A stretch of 64,000 bases of DNA, taken from Nitrospirota bacterium (GTDB lineage: Bacteria > Nitrospirota > UBA9217). Made by a program: the position numbers and the translations under genes. The DNA lies in NCBI GenBank assembly GCA_963796285.1, contig CAWCKW010000012.1:1632001-1696000 (forward strand), read 5' to 3'. Under the pieces are notes generated by a model, which saw nothing but the letters and a program-made list of their open reading frames with translations, did no database searches and was not told the origin of the DNA. The stretch's first letter is position 1; each line of letters opens with the position of its first letter. Shown in pieces: positions 18,956-29,066 of the stretch.

Positions 18956-19882
18956 CTAACGCCGGTCGAATATCCCCATGGTCATGTACCGCTCGCCGAC
19001 ATCAGGCAGGACCGTGACGACCCGCGCGCCTTTTCCGAGTTTCTTCGCAACCTGGAGCGCCGCCCAGCAGGCAGCACCGGACGAGATGCCGACGAGCAGC
19101 CCTTCCTCCTGCGCGAGCCGCCGTGTCATGTCGGCTGCATCATCCTGGGTGACCTGGATGATCCCGTCGTACACATCGGTGTTCAAAATGGCGGGAATGA
19201 ACCCCGCTCCAATGCCCTGAATGGGATGCGGACCAGGCTGACCTCCCGAGAGCACCGGCGAGGCCGTGGGTTCCACGGCATAGATCGTGATGTCCTTGTA
19301 CTTTTTCCTGAGCACCTCGCCCACGCCCGTGATCGTGCCGCCGGTCCCGACGCCTGCCACAAAGGCATCGATCTTCTTTGTGCCCATCTGTTTCAAAATT
19401 TCCTTTGCCGTGGTCCTCCGGTGCACCTGCGGGTTCGCGGGATTGCCGAACTGGTCGGGTTTGAAATAGCCCTTGCCCGAGGCGACGATCTCATCGGCCT
19501 TGGCGATCGCGCCCTTCATGCCCTTTTCCGCCGGTGTCAGCACAAGCTCGGCGCCGTAGGCTTCGAGCAGCCTGCGGCGCTCGACCGTCATGGACTCGGG
19601 CATGGTGAGGACGATGGTGTAGCCCTTGACCGCGGCGACCATGGCAAGACCGATGCCGGTATTGCCGCTCGTGGGCTCCACGATCTTCATGCCCTTTTTG
19701 AGCAGTCCCTTTTTCTCCGCGTCCTCGATCATGGCGAGGGCCGGCCGGTCCTTGACACTCCCTCCGGGGTTGAACCCTTCGAGCTTTGCCCACACCTCTG
19801 CGTCGCCAGCGCCCGGCAGCCTATTCAGCTTTACCAACGGAGTGTTCCCGATCAGGTCCAGCACTGTTTTAATCTTTGCCAT
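18956..19882 (-). CDS. cysK: Cysteine synthase A
   Basis: [37 protein letters not shown]. Confidence 0.95.
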   Translation of the reverse strand: MAKIKTVLDLIGNTPLVKLNRLPGAGDAEVWAKLEGFNPGGSVKDRPALAMIEDAEKKGLLKKGMKIVEPTSGNTGIGLAMVAAVKGYTIVLTMPESMTVERRRLLEAYGAELVLTPAEKGMKGAIAKADEIVASGKGYFKPDQFGNPANPQVHRRTTAKEILKQMGTKKIDAFVAGVGTGGTITGVGEVLRKKYKDITIYAVEPTASPVLSGGQPGPHPIQGIGAGFIPAILNTDVYDGIIQVTQDDAADMTRRLAQEEGLLVGISSGAACWAALQVAKKLGKGARVVTVLPDVGERYMTMGIFDRR

Positions 19883-20040
19883 TATTGTCCTTTCGTTGCA
19901 TTTCCTATCGTTAGTTATTCCGCAAACTCTTGCACTGCGCCGTATAGAAACGACATGAGCAGTAAATTCTACTTATCAGTGTAATACTAAATCCGCTTTT
20001 TCAGTGCAAAGGCTATTTTCCTTGAACTCCGAACATTTTT

Positions 20041-21741
<1,701 letters not shown>

Positions 21742-21751
21742 AGTAAAGATA

Positions 21752-21851
21752 GGGTCATGGGTCAAGTAGCAAGGGTCAAGTAACGTCAAAGTCAAAATCA
21801 CTCTGACCCCGGACCCGTGTCCCTTGATCCTTGACCCCTGACCCCTGACCC
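21752..21851. repeat. 7-bp-period inverted repeat element overlapping the TPR gene 3' end
   Basis: GGGTCAT GGGTCAA GTAGCAA GGGTCAA ... CTGACCC CGGACCC GTGTCCC TTGATCC TTGACCC CTGACCC CTGACCC. Confidence 0.8.
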
Positions 21852-22394
21852 TTTTTTTACCGCATTCGCCTTCTTCATCGCAAAGCGTCCCTGGGTGGAC
21901 GTTCCCTTGCCTCCGGCCTTGCGGTACAGCTCCGCTGCCTGTTCTTTCCTGCCCATGCGTTCACTTGCCCTGCCCGCCCAGTAGTAAGCGGTGCCGACCC
22001 ACATTCCGGATATCGGATAGCTCTCGGGTATTTTCAAGAATTCTTCGACGGCCTCGGCATCTCTGCCGAGGAGAAAGGTGCAGAACCCGATCCAGTACTG
22101 GGTCTGCGCGCGTTCAGCAGGCTTCTGCTCGTTCAAAGCCCGGCGGTATGAATCGAGGGCGCGCTGGTAATCCGTCAGGTGAAAAAAACTGTCGGCGATC
22201 CGTGTATGGAGAACGCCCGGGGAAGGAGTGTGGGATGAAGAGGAAAGCACCGTTTCGTATAATCGGATTGCCTCCGTGTATCGGCCTTGCGAGAACAACA
22301 GGTCCGCTTTTACATATTCCCGGGGAACACTCTGGACGACGGCACATGCGATGTACCGTAGAGTGCAAAGAAAATAAGGAAAGCAATAATACAT
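21798..22394 (-). CDS. TPR-repeat protein (YbgF/BamD-like; start uncertain)
   Basis: TPR-like helices, AQTQYWIG, AYYWAG. Confidence 0.7.
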   Translation of the reverse strand: MYYCFPYFLCTLRYIACAVVQSVPREYVKADLLFSQGRYTEAIRLYETVLSSSSHTPSPGVLHTRIADSFFHLTDYQRALDSYRRALNEQKPAERAQTQYWIGFCTFLLGRDAEAVEEFLKIPESYPISGMWVGTAYYWAGRASERMGRKEQAAELYRKAGGKGTSTQGRFAMKKANAVKKGSGVRGQGSRDTGPGSE

Positions 22395-22682
22395 CTTCTT
22401 TTCATAGGAATCATAAGTATCCCGACCACCAGTGTGTCAAATTTAACACAAAGCATGGGCCTATTCAAGGATAATCTTTTCCGGAAATTTGAAATACATT
22501 CAAAAAAGCAAGGGATTATCTCGGAGAACGGGAGTAACGAGAAAGAATAGATCCTGTTATACATCGAAACAATGTATTGCCATGCCCCATGGTCCCACTT
22601 TCCCTTGACGACGACAGGAGACTTGTGGCAGAGTATAATGGACAGGACAAACCGGACAAAAAAGGAAAAACTAAAAGGCATC

Positions 22683-22788
22683 TCTCGCGGAGGCGCGGAG
22701 CTCGCAGAGTGACATCAAAACATTTAGTCCTTTGACTTAACCCAGAGCAATTTTAAGCTTTTCTCCGCGAACTCCGCGGCTCTGGCGA
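22683..22788. repeat. ~9-bp-period inverted repeat element
   Basis: TCTCGCGGAGGCGCGGAGCTCGCAGAG ... CTCCGCGAACTCCGCGGCTCTGGCGA. Confidence 0.8.
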
Positions 22789-22896
22789 TCGCAGAGCAGG
22801 GTCGTGAAAATTGATTCCCATACTTTTTCAGATTGATCGTTCCATAACTCAAGCAGCCTGAACATCCATTTCCCACGAGGCAGGACAGCTGTACTT

Positions 22897-23608
22897 ATGA
22901 ACTGGCGTTTACTTGATTCCGGCCCCAATATCGGCGTGTACAATATGGCCGTTGATGAAGAACTGCTCGCGCGGGCACAGGCAGGCGAAGCCACACCAAC
23001 GCTCCCGTCTCTACACGTGGCAGCCGCCGGCCGTATCGCTCGGCAGGTTCCAGAAGATAGAGACGGCTGTAGATGTCGAGGCCTGTCGCCAACGGGGAAT
23101 CGACATCGTGAGGCGCATCACCGGCGGCAGGGCGGTCCTCCACCACCACGAACTCACATACAGCATCATCGCGCGCACGGACGATCCCCTGTTTCCCACG
23201 AATGTCCACGGCACGTACAAGATCATCGCCGCCGGTCTTCTCCAGGGGCTCAGGAACCTCGGCATCCCCGCCGAGATAGTGTCGCGATCCGGCCGCTACG
23301 CAGCGCTCGTAAAAAAAGACTCAAAAGATCCCGCGTGCTTCTCCTCCCCTTCCTGGTACGAGATCCTCGTGCACAACAGAAAGATCATCGGCAGCGCCCA
23401 GCGCAGGCTGTCGGGCGCATTTCTCCAGCACGGTTCGATCCTCGATCCACGACGATCCCACGCTTGAGGCCGAGGTCATCCCTGGCGGCGGCAGCGGAGA
23501 CGTGGTCACTTCGATCACCCGGGAACTCGGAAGGGTTGTTGAACGGAGGTGAAGCAGGCGTTCATAAAGGGATTCTCCGAAGCGCTGGGAATAGAATTTT
23601 CAACGTAG
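22897..23608 (+). CDS. Lipoate-protein ligase A / octanoyltransferase family (frameshifted)
   Basis: NMAVDEELL, RRITGGRAVLH, KIIGSAQRR, LQHGSI across frames. Confidence 0.88.
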
Positions 23609-23656
23609 TTCGTCGTTCAGAGAAAACCTCCATACCATCGAATACCATCGAAATCC

Positions 23657-24824
23657 TGTTCTGGCAAAATGATAATGTCCTATACTGCCAAAATAGAAAT
23701 GTCCTATTCCCGGTTACAATGCCCTGACGTAATCGGAGGGCATTGTGGCGGAAAAGGACATGATCAGCATGAGCAGGAGAGAAGCAAAAAGACTTCACAT
23801 CATCCATCAGGCATTGAGTAAGAAGATCAGCCAAACAGAGGCGGCATCACTAATCGACCTCAGCGACCGCCAGATACGAAGGATGATCAAACGGATACTG
23901 AAAGAAGGCGATGAGGGCATATGTCACCGGTCCCGGGGAACGACATCGAATCACCGCATCCCCAAGAAAATCAAGGAAAAGACGCTCAAGCTGTTTCGGG
24001 AGCAGTACAAGGATTTTGGTCCTGACCATGCCACTGAAAAGCTGTTCGAGGTCCACGGGATAGCGATCAACGATGAAACACTCAGGTTATGGCTGAACGA
24101 AGCGGAGATTCCTTACAAGAAGCGCAAGGGAAGAAACACCGGCAGCGGCGTGAACGAAAGCCCATTTTGGCGAAATGGTCCAGATCGACGGCTCCCATCA
24201 TGACTGGTTCGAAGGCCGGGGACCTAAATGTGTGTTCATGGGATACATCGACGATGCCACCGACACCGTGCATGGCCGTTTTTATGACTATGAGGGACCA
24301 TGCCGGCCATGGACAGCATGAAGCGCTATATCAAGCGCTACGGCATTCCTCAAAGCGTGTATCTGGACAAACACTCTACGTACAAATCCTGGGCCGAGCC
24401 GACCATTGAAGAGCAGCTCAACGACCAGCGGCCCATGAGCCATTTTGAAAAGAGCCTGGAAGAACTGGAGATAGAGGTTATCCATGCCAATTCACCCCAA
24501 GCCAAAGGCAGGGTGGAGCGGCTCTTTAAGACCCTACAGGATCGGCTGGTACAGGAGATGCGGCTTGCGGGGGTTAAGAGCGTGGATGAGGCAAACGAGT
24601 TCCTTACAACCTATCTGCCGAAGTACAACAGGAAGTTCAAAAAACAGGCTGCTTCTGAAGCCGATATCCACCGGACCGCGCCACACAGCAGGGAACTTGA
24701 CAAGATTCTCAGTATCAGGGAAGAACGAACAGTCCGGAACGACTTTACCATCTCTTACAACGGTAAACTCTATCAGATCAAGGACTTTGTAAAATCTCAG
24801 AAGGTTGTCGTTACGTACCGCTAA
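23657..24824 (+). mobile_element. Truncated ISNCY (IS1202-like) insertion sequence; frameshifted DDE transposase 23745-24824; no right end found
   Basis: Left end begins TGT with two CAAAATRRWAATGTCCTAT sub-repeats; N-terminal HTH (LSDRQIRR), QIDGSHHDWFE, YIDDAT, YLDKHS, ANSPQAKGRVERLFKTLQDRL. Confidence 0.85.
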
Positions 24825-24957
24825 TTACTGGTTAATTTCTTAAAGAAGACAGGCCAACTGAAGGTTCGGATAGATTCATATCTAAGGACCATATGATGGA
24901 TATAGTACAGTTGATAAAGAAAATATCAATTTTCACCGCTATGCCGATTTTGTTGCG

Positions 24958-25302
24958 ATGCTTGCAATTGTCGGAATCATAAAATTGTTGATTCCGGCAC
25001 TTCAAAAGTTAGCGGACAGGTCTTTTCAAGTTATCGACAAACATGCAGCACAGCCGAAACCGATAGGTCGATATGGCAGGCTTGCGCGCGGCAGTATTAA
25101 AATCATGATAGGGTATATTCTCTTTACCGTTATCCTCCATATATTCAGCCTACCTTTCTATTTTATTCGTGCCCACAAATGGGAACCGCCCGAGTTCATT
25201 ATTCTCCTGTTGGCTGTAATGGCGATTCTGTTCTGGGTTTATAACTTACAAACTGATGAAAGTTGTGAACAAGGATTTCAACTCGTAAGAGATTTGCACT
25301 GA
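24958..25302 (+). CDS. Hypothetical membrane protein (cassette 1)
   Basis: AT-rich hydrophobic ORF ending 10 nt before attC1. Confidence 0.55.
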   Translation: MLAIVGIIKLLIPALQKLADRSFQVIDKHAAQPKPIGRYGRLARGSIKIMIGYILFTVILHIFSLPFYFIRAHKWEPPEFIILLLAVMAILFWVYNLQTDESCEQGFQLVRDLH

Positions 25303-25312
25303 TAAATATGAC

Positions 25313-25372
25313 GATTAACAATCGCGTCCACTGCGACGCGCCCGAAGACGGCGCGCGACGCGAGTGTTAAAC
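25313..25372 (+). other. attC site 1 (60 bp)
   Basis: GATTAAC AATCGCGTCCACTGCGACGCGCC CGAAGAC GGCGCGCGACGCGAGT GTTAAAC. Confidence 0.8.
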
Positions 25373-25385
25373 CAAGCAAGCGGGG

Positions 25386-25790
25386 TTGCAATATTTCCAA
25401 TACGGTGAGTCAGAAATGACCAAAGACCAATTTGATTATTACGTTGAGTTGAGTGCACTTCTATTCACACTAATACTGCTAATTTCAGCAGTCGTAATGA
25501 TGATTCTCAAACCTCAGAAATATTCCCTGAAAAATCCACGAGCCACTATTCGCCGCGGGATTTTATTTATTCTTTTCACAGTTGCATTTAACAGTGCCAA
25601 AAGAAACAGATGGGATTTCAGTTATATTCTTGCATTTATGTGCATGATGAAAGTCCATCATGACAATTACTTGCGCACAATACTTTTTATAAGTTACTTC
25701 CCGACTATGTGGGGCTGTTTGCAGTTGCTGTTTACTCGGATAGGAATCCTAAACCCAAGCAAGCATAGATTGCTTAATTCTGCATATTGA
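25386..25790 (+). CDS. Hypothetical membrane protein (cassette 2)
   Basis: AT-rich hydrophobic ORF starting just after attC1. Confidence 0.55.
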   Translation: MQYFQYGESEMTKDQFDYYVELSALLFTLILLISAVVMMILKPQKYSLKNPRATIRRGILFILFTVAFNSAKRNRWDFSYILAFMCMMKVHHDNYLRTILFISYFPTMWGCLQLLFTRIGILNPSKHRLLNSAY

Positions 25791-25815
25791 CGTCTGTGTG
25801 CGACCGGTATATAAT
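25787..25815 (+). promoter_or_regulatory. Sigma70 promoter of the TA pair (probably leaderless transcript)
   Basis: TTGACG-17 nt-TATAAT, with ATG 6 nt after the -10 box. Confidence 0.75.
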
Positions 25816-25821
25816 ATTTCC

Positions 25822-26382
25822 ATGAAAACAACCATTGATACGATCATAGCGGAAGTCCTTTCTCTTTCGCCGCAGGCGCGTGCATTCGTAGCGGAAAAGC
25901 TGATCGAGAGCCTCGACTCAGAACCGGCAGTTACACTGTCTGCCGCCTGGCAGGATGAAGTGCGCAAGCGCTGTCGCGAGATCAATGAGGGGCCCGTGGA
26001 GTTACGTGACGCCGAGGATGTTTTCGCCCGCGGCTATGCTGCACTGGATGATACCGATTCGCTTCCATCCAGAAGCGATGCCAAGATGATGTTGGCAGCG
26101 ATCTTCGAGAGCCAACAAAAGGCCTCGGCAAACGCTTTCTCGCATCTGTTCAGGATACCCTCAACAGAATCCAAGTTAATCCCCTCTTATATCGAAGAGT
26201 TAGAGACTGGCGTTCGTCGCTGTCTAACAATGACCTTCCCGTTCGATGTTTTTATCAGGATCATGCCGAATCAGTACGTCATTATCGCGGTGATGCACTT
26301 GCATCGTGAGCCGGGATACTGGAAAAACCGCGTACCCATAATCTCTCCACATATCAACAAAGTCAGACGAATTACCACATAG
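25822..26382 (+). CDS. Addiction-module antitoxin plus RelE/ParE-family toxin, read as one ORF because of indels
   Basis: LSLSPQARAFVAEKLIESLD..AW..EV (addiction module); overlapping ATG gives MIPIRFHPEA; C-terminal IIAVMHLHREPGYWKNR (ParE). Confidence 0.8.
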   Translation: MKTTIDTIIAEVLSLSPQARAFVAEKLIESLDSEPAVTLSAAWQDEVRKRCREINEGPVELRDAEDVFARGYAALDDTDSLPSRSDAKMMLAAIFESQQKASANAFSHLFRIPSTESKLIPSYIEELETGVRRCLTMTFPFDVFIRIMPNQYVIIAVMHLHREPGYWKNRVPIISPHINKVRRITT

Positions 26383-26388
26383 GGAGTT

Positions 26389-26448
26389 TCAAAACCAGCG
26401 GCTCGACAGCGACGTGCCAGAAGACGGCGCGTTACGCGATCGTTAACT
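26389..26448 (+). other. attC site 2 (60 bp, degenerate R'')
   Basis: TCAAAAC CAGCGGCTCGACAGCGACGTGCC AGAAGAC GGCGCGTTACGCGATC GTTAACT. Confidence 0.7.
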
Positions 26449-26452
26449 TAAT

Positions 26453-27523
26453 ATGGAACTTATAACTCTCGGATTTGATCAGTGGTTTGAAGAAAAAAGA
26501 TCGGAGGCGCTGAGACCAGACTGCACCGTGGCTCGCGTGACTGCGGTCCATAAGGACAGCTACCTCGTAAGAAATCATAACAGCGAAGTTCTTGCTGAAT
26601 TAGCCGGAAGTTTTATTTACTCCGCTGAGTCGAGCATAGATCTTCCTTCGGTAGGTGATTGGGCACTGGTCCAGTTTCACAACGCCGATACCTTTGCCAT
26701 CATCCATGGTCTTCTCCCACGCAAATCTTTTTTACGGAGAAAAACCCCTGGTAAAAAAATCGACTACCAGATGATCGCGGTCAACATAGATTCCGCCTTG
26801 ATCGTGCAAGCCTGTGATCTTGATTTCAATCTGCGCAGGCTGGAGCGCTACCTTGTGATGGTAAACGAAGGACACATTGAACCGGTACTCCTCTTGACAA
26901 AAAGCGACCTCGTCAGCCCCGAGAAACTGGACCAAAGAATATCGGAGGTACGTCAAGCTAACATAAATTGCAAAGTCCTCCCGCTCAGCAACGTAACCGG
27001 CTGCGGAGTGGATCAAGTGCGTCAATTACTGGAGCCGCGTAAAACGTATTGTCTGGTTGGGTCTTCCGGAGTTGGCAAAACAACGCTCCTGAACCATATT
27101 ATCGGTCGTGATATATTTGAGACAAACACCGTCCGTGCAAGCGATGGGAAGGGCAAACACACGACGGCGCAGCGCCAGCTGATCGTCCTTGATCAAGGGG
27201 CAATGTTGATCGACACCCCTGGAATGAGGGAACTGGGGAATATCGGCGTCAGCTCCGGTCTTGAGGAAAGCTTTGCTGATATTTGGAGCCTTTCAAAAAC
27301 CTGCCGTTTTACCAATTGCACTCATACTCAGGAAGTTGGTTGCGCACTCCTGACCGCAATTGAAAATGGCACATTGCAGGCGGATCGATACCAGAGCTAT
27401 TTGAAGCTGATGAAAGAATCCGAATACAATGAGCTGTCCTACGTTGAAAAGCGTAAAAAGGACAGGAAGTTCGGACAGTTCGTCAAGACTGCAATGAAAC
27501 ATCACAAAAAAAGTGATGAATAG
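26453..27523 (+). CDS. rsgA: Ribosome small subunit-dependent GTPase A family (cassette-borne)
   Basis: TKSDL, GSSGVGKTT, GKHTT, IDTPGMRE, CRFTNCTHTQEVGC; ATG 4 nt after attC2. Confidence 0.93.
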   Translation: MELITLGFDQWFEEKRSEALRPDCTVARVTAVHKDSYLVRNHNSEVLAELAGSFIYSAESSIDLPSVGDWALVQFHNADTFAIIHGLLPRKSFLRRKTPGKKIDYQMIAVNIDSALIVQACDLDFNLRRLERYLVMVNEGHIEPVLLLTKSDLVSPEKLDQRISEVRQANINCKVLPLSNVTGCGVDQVRQLLEPRKTYCLVGSSGVGKTTLLNHIIGRDIFETNTVRASDGKGKHTTAQRQLIVLDQGAMLIDTPGMRELGNIGVSSGLEESFADIWSLSKTCRFTNCTHTQEVGCALLTAIENGTLQADRYQSYLKLMKESEYNELSYVEKRKKDRKFGQFVKTAMKHHKKSDE

Positions 27524-27551
27524 TGCATCCTGCGGGTCGAGTCCGACGCGC
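27524..27551 (+). other. Degenerate left half of an attC site
   Basis: CTGCGGGTCGAGTCCGACGCGC resembles the left arms of attC1-3; right arm absent. Confidence 0.45.
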
Positions 27552-27620
27552 TTCTCCTCTCGCAAACACAGCATCAATTATTGTCGAATGGCAGTGTGAA
27601 GCACATCTATAGGAGGTCGT

Positions 27621-28262
27621 ATGAAAACTATCCTCATTGCAACCGCACTGCTGTCGCTGACCCTTACGGTACCTGCATTCGCTGCTGACGGGGCCCAGGC
27701 GGCCGATACTCAAAGCCAGGCCGTTGTGCTCTTTGAACAGGGAAGCAGCTTCCTTTTGGGCAACAAGCATGAAGAGGCCAAAAAGGCTTTCCGTGAAGCG
27801 ATCGCTCTGGACCCGAACTACGTGGAAGCGTACGACAGCCTGGGGAAGATCCTGGTGCTGCAGCAGAAATACGACGAAGCGGTAAAAGAGTTTTCCAGGG
27901 CCCTGGAGCTTTCGTCCAGCGACTTCACGGCGTACTTTAACCGCGGTGTTGCCTTGCATCATCTGGGAAAACTGGACGACGCGATCCGTGATTTCACCGA
28001 GGTCATTCGTGTCTACCCGAAGAACCAGGCTGCGTACAATATCCGCGGCATTGCCAAATTCGACCAGGGGAAGATCGACGAAGCGATCGAAGACTACACG
28101 AAGGCCATCCAGCTCAATCCCGGCTATGCCAAGGCATATAACAATCGGGCGCTCGCCTATTTGAAGCAGGGCAAGAACGCCGAAGCAGCGCGTGATTTCG
28201 CCAAATCCGGACAACCCATGCCCGGACCTCAGGAAAAACGTTCCAGTCAGTGTGCCTTTTAA
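27621..28262 (+). CDS. Exported TPR-repeat protein
   Basis: AGGAGG RBS, signal peptide, about five canonical TPRs (AYFNRG, AYNIRG, AYNNRA). Confidence 0.9.
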   Translation: MKTILIATALLSLTLTVPAFAADGAQAADTQSQAVVLFEQGSSFLLGNKHEEAKKAFREAIALDPNYVEAYDSLGKILVLQQKYDEAVKEFSRALELSSSDFTAYFNRGVALHHLGKLDDAIRDFTEVIRVYPKNQAAYNIRGIAKFDQGKIDEAIEDYTKAIQLNPGYAKAYNNRALAYLKQGKNAEAARDFAKSGQPMPGPQEKRSSQCAF

Positions 28263-28380
28263 TGACGAAAAGGATGGCCATGGACCGGCACGGGGAATAT
28301 CTTTCGATACTTGCATGCTTGGCAGGCCTGCTTTTGTAGTCGCGTCTTTTTCCTTGCATCAGCAATAACGGAGACGATGA

Positions 28381-28440
28381 TTCCAACCAGCGGGTCCGCG
28401 GGGACGCGCCAAAAGCGGCGCGTGACCCGCGTGGTTAAGC
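28381..28440 (+). other. attC site 3 (60 bp)
   Basis: TTCCAAC CAGCGGGTCCGCGGGGACGCGCC AAAAGC GGCGCGTGACCCGCGTG GTTAAGC; L''/L' pairing with one extrahelical C. Confidence 0.85.
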
Positions 28441-28466
28441 CCTGGAAGTTCAGAGAGGAGAGCACG

Positions 28467-28811
28467 ATGAGCAACGAACAGGTGGCACCTGAGACGAAAG
28501 GTGTTACGGTGAAGTTACTTGCAACGGTTGACCTTGGCCCTGAGATCGAGGGCATGGCAGGGCGCCAACTTCGAATGCGTATGGTGACCATCGAGCCTGG
28601 AGGCGTCTTCGGCCCGATTCACGACCATAAAGACAGACCAGGCACCGTCTACATACTGCAAGGAACGATCACTGACCATCGAAATGGAGTCGCTACGGAC
28701 TATGGGCCGGGAGTGGGCTGGCCCGAGGATAGGAACACCACACACTGGCTTGAGAACAGAGGAACGATTCCGGCAGTGGAGATCTCGGTCGATATAGTCA
28801 GGCAAGAGTAA
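28467..28811 (+). CDS. Cupin domain protein (cassette)
   Basis: GAGGAG RBS, MSNEQ start, HDHKDRPGTVYILQG..HWLENRG. Confidence 0.85.
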   Translation: MSNEQVAPETKGVTVKLLATVDLGPEIEGMAGRQLRMRMVTIEPGGVFGPIHDHKDRPGTVYILQGTITDHRNGVATDYGPGVGWPEDRNTTHWLENRGTIPAVEISVDIVRQE

Positions 28812-28839
28812 GCTCAGGCCCGACATCTAACACGCTAGG

Positions 28840-28916
28840 GCCTGGCACGCGGCTAACCGGACGCGCATCGGTCGGCTTCGCCTCCTTTCGCGCGCCGGTT
28901 AGCCTCAACGTTACGA
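28840..28916 (+). other. attC site 4 (77 bp, mutated R'')
   Basis: GCCTGGC ACGC GGCTAACCGG ACGCGC...GCGCG CCGGTTAGCC TCAAC GTTACGA. Confidence 0.7.
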
Positions 28917-29066
28917 GGCCATCAAGGGGGTTCGTAAATCGCTAAAAAGCTGAATCTCTCATTGCGCAACCCTTTTGATGTCCCGGGTTCATCCTTGGTT
29001 ATTCGTTGTTTCGCAGCCCGTCTGTTCTTCCTTTACATTCCTGTCGTGTTGTGTTAAAAATTCTTC

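Noticed and set aside
19960-19988. AGTAAATTCTACTTATCAGTGTAATACT upstream of cysK as a CymR/IscR-type operator
   Set aside because: Only a weak palindrome, a single instance, and no Rrf2 gene nearby
23610-23656. Possible XerC/D (dif-like) target next to the IS1202-like end; ATACCATCGA tandem duplication
   Set aside because: No match to the dif consensus, and with no right IS end the duplication cannot be assigned as a target-site duplication
28311-28466. N-terminal extension of the cupin ORF
   Set aside because: It runs through attC3; the RBS-supported start is at 28467
25313-28916. Spaced repeats as a CRISPR array
   Set aside because: Repeats are 60-77 bp, divergent and separated by whole genes, with no cas genes; they fit attC sites
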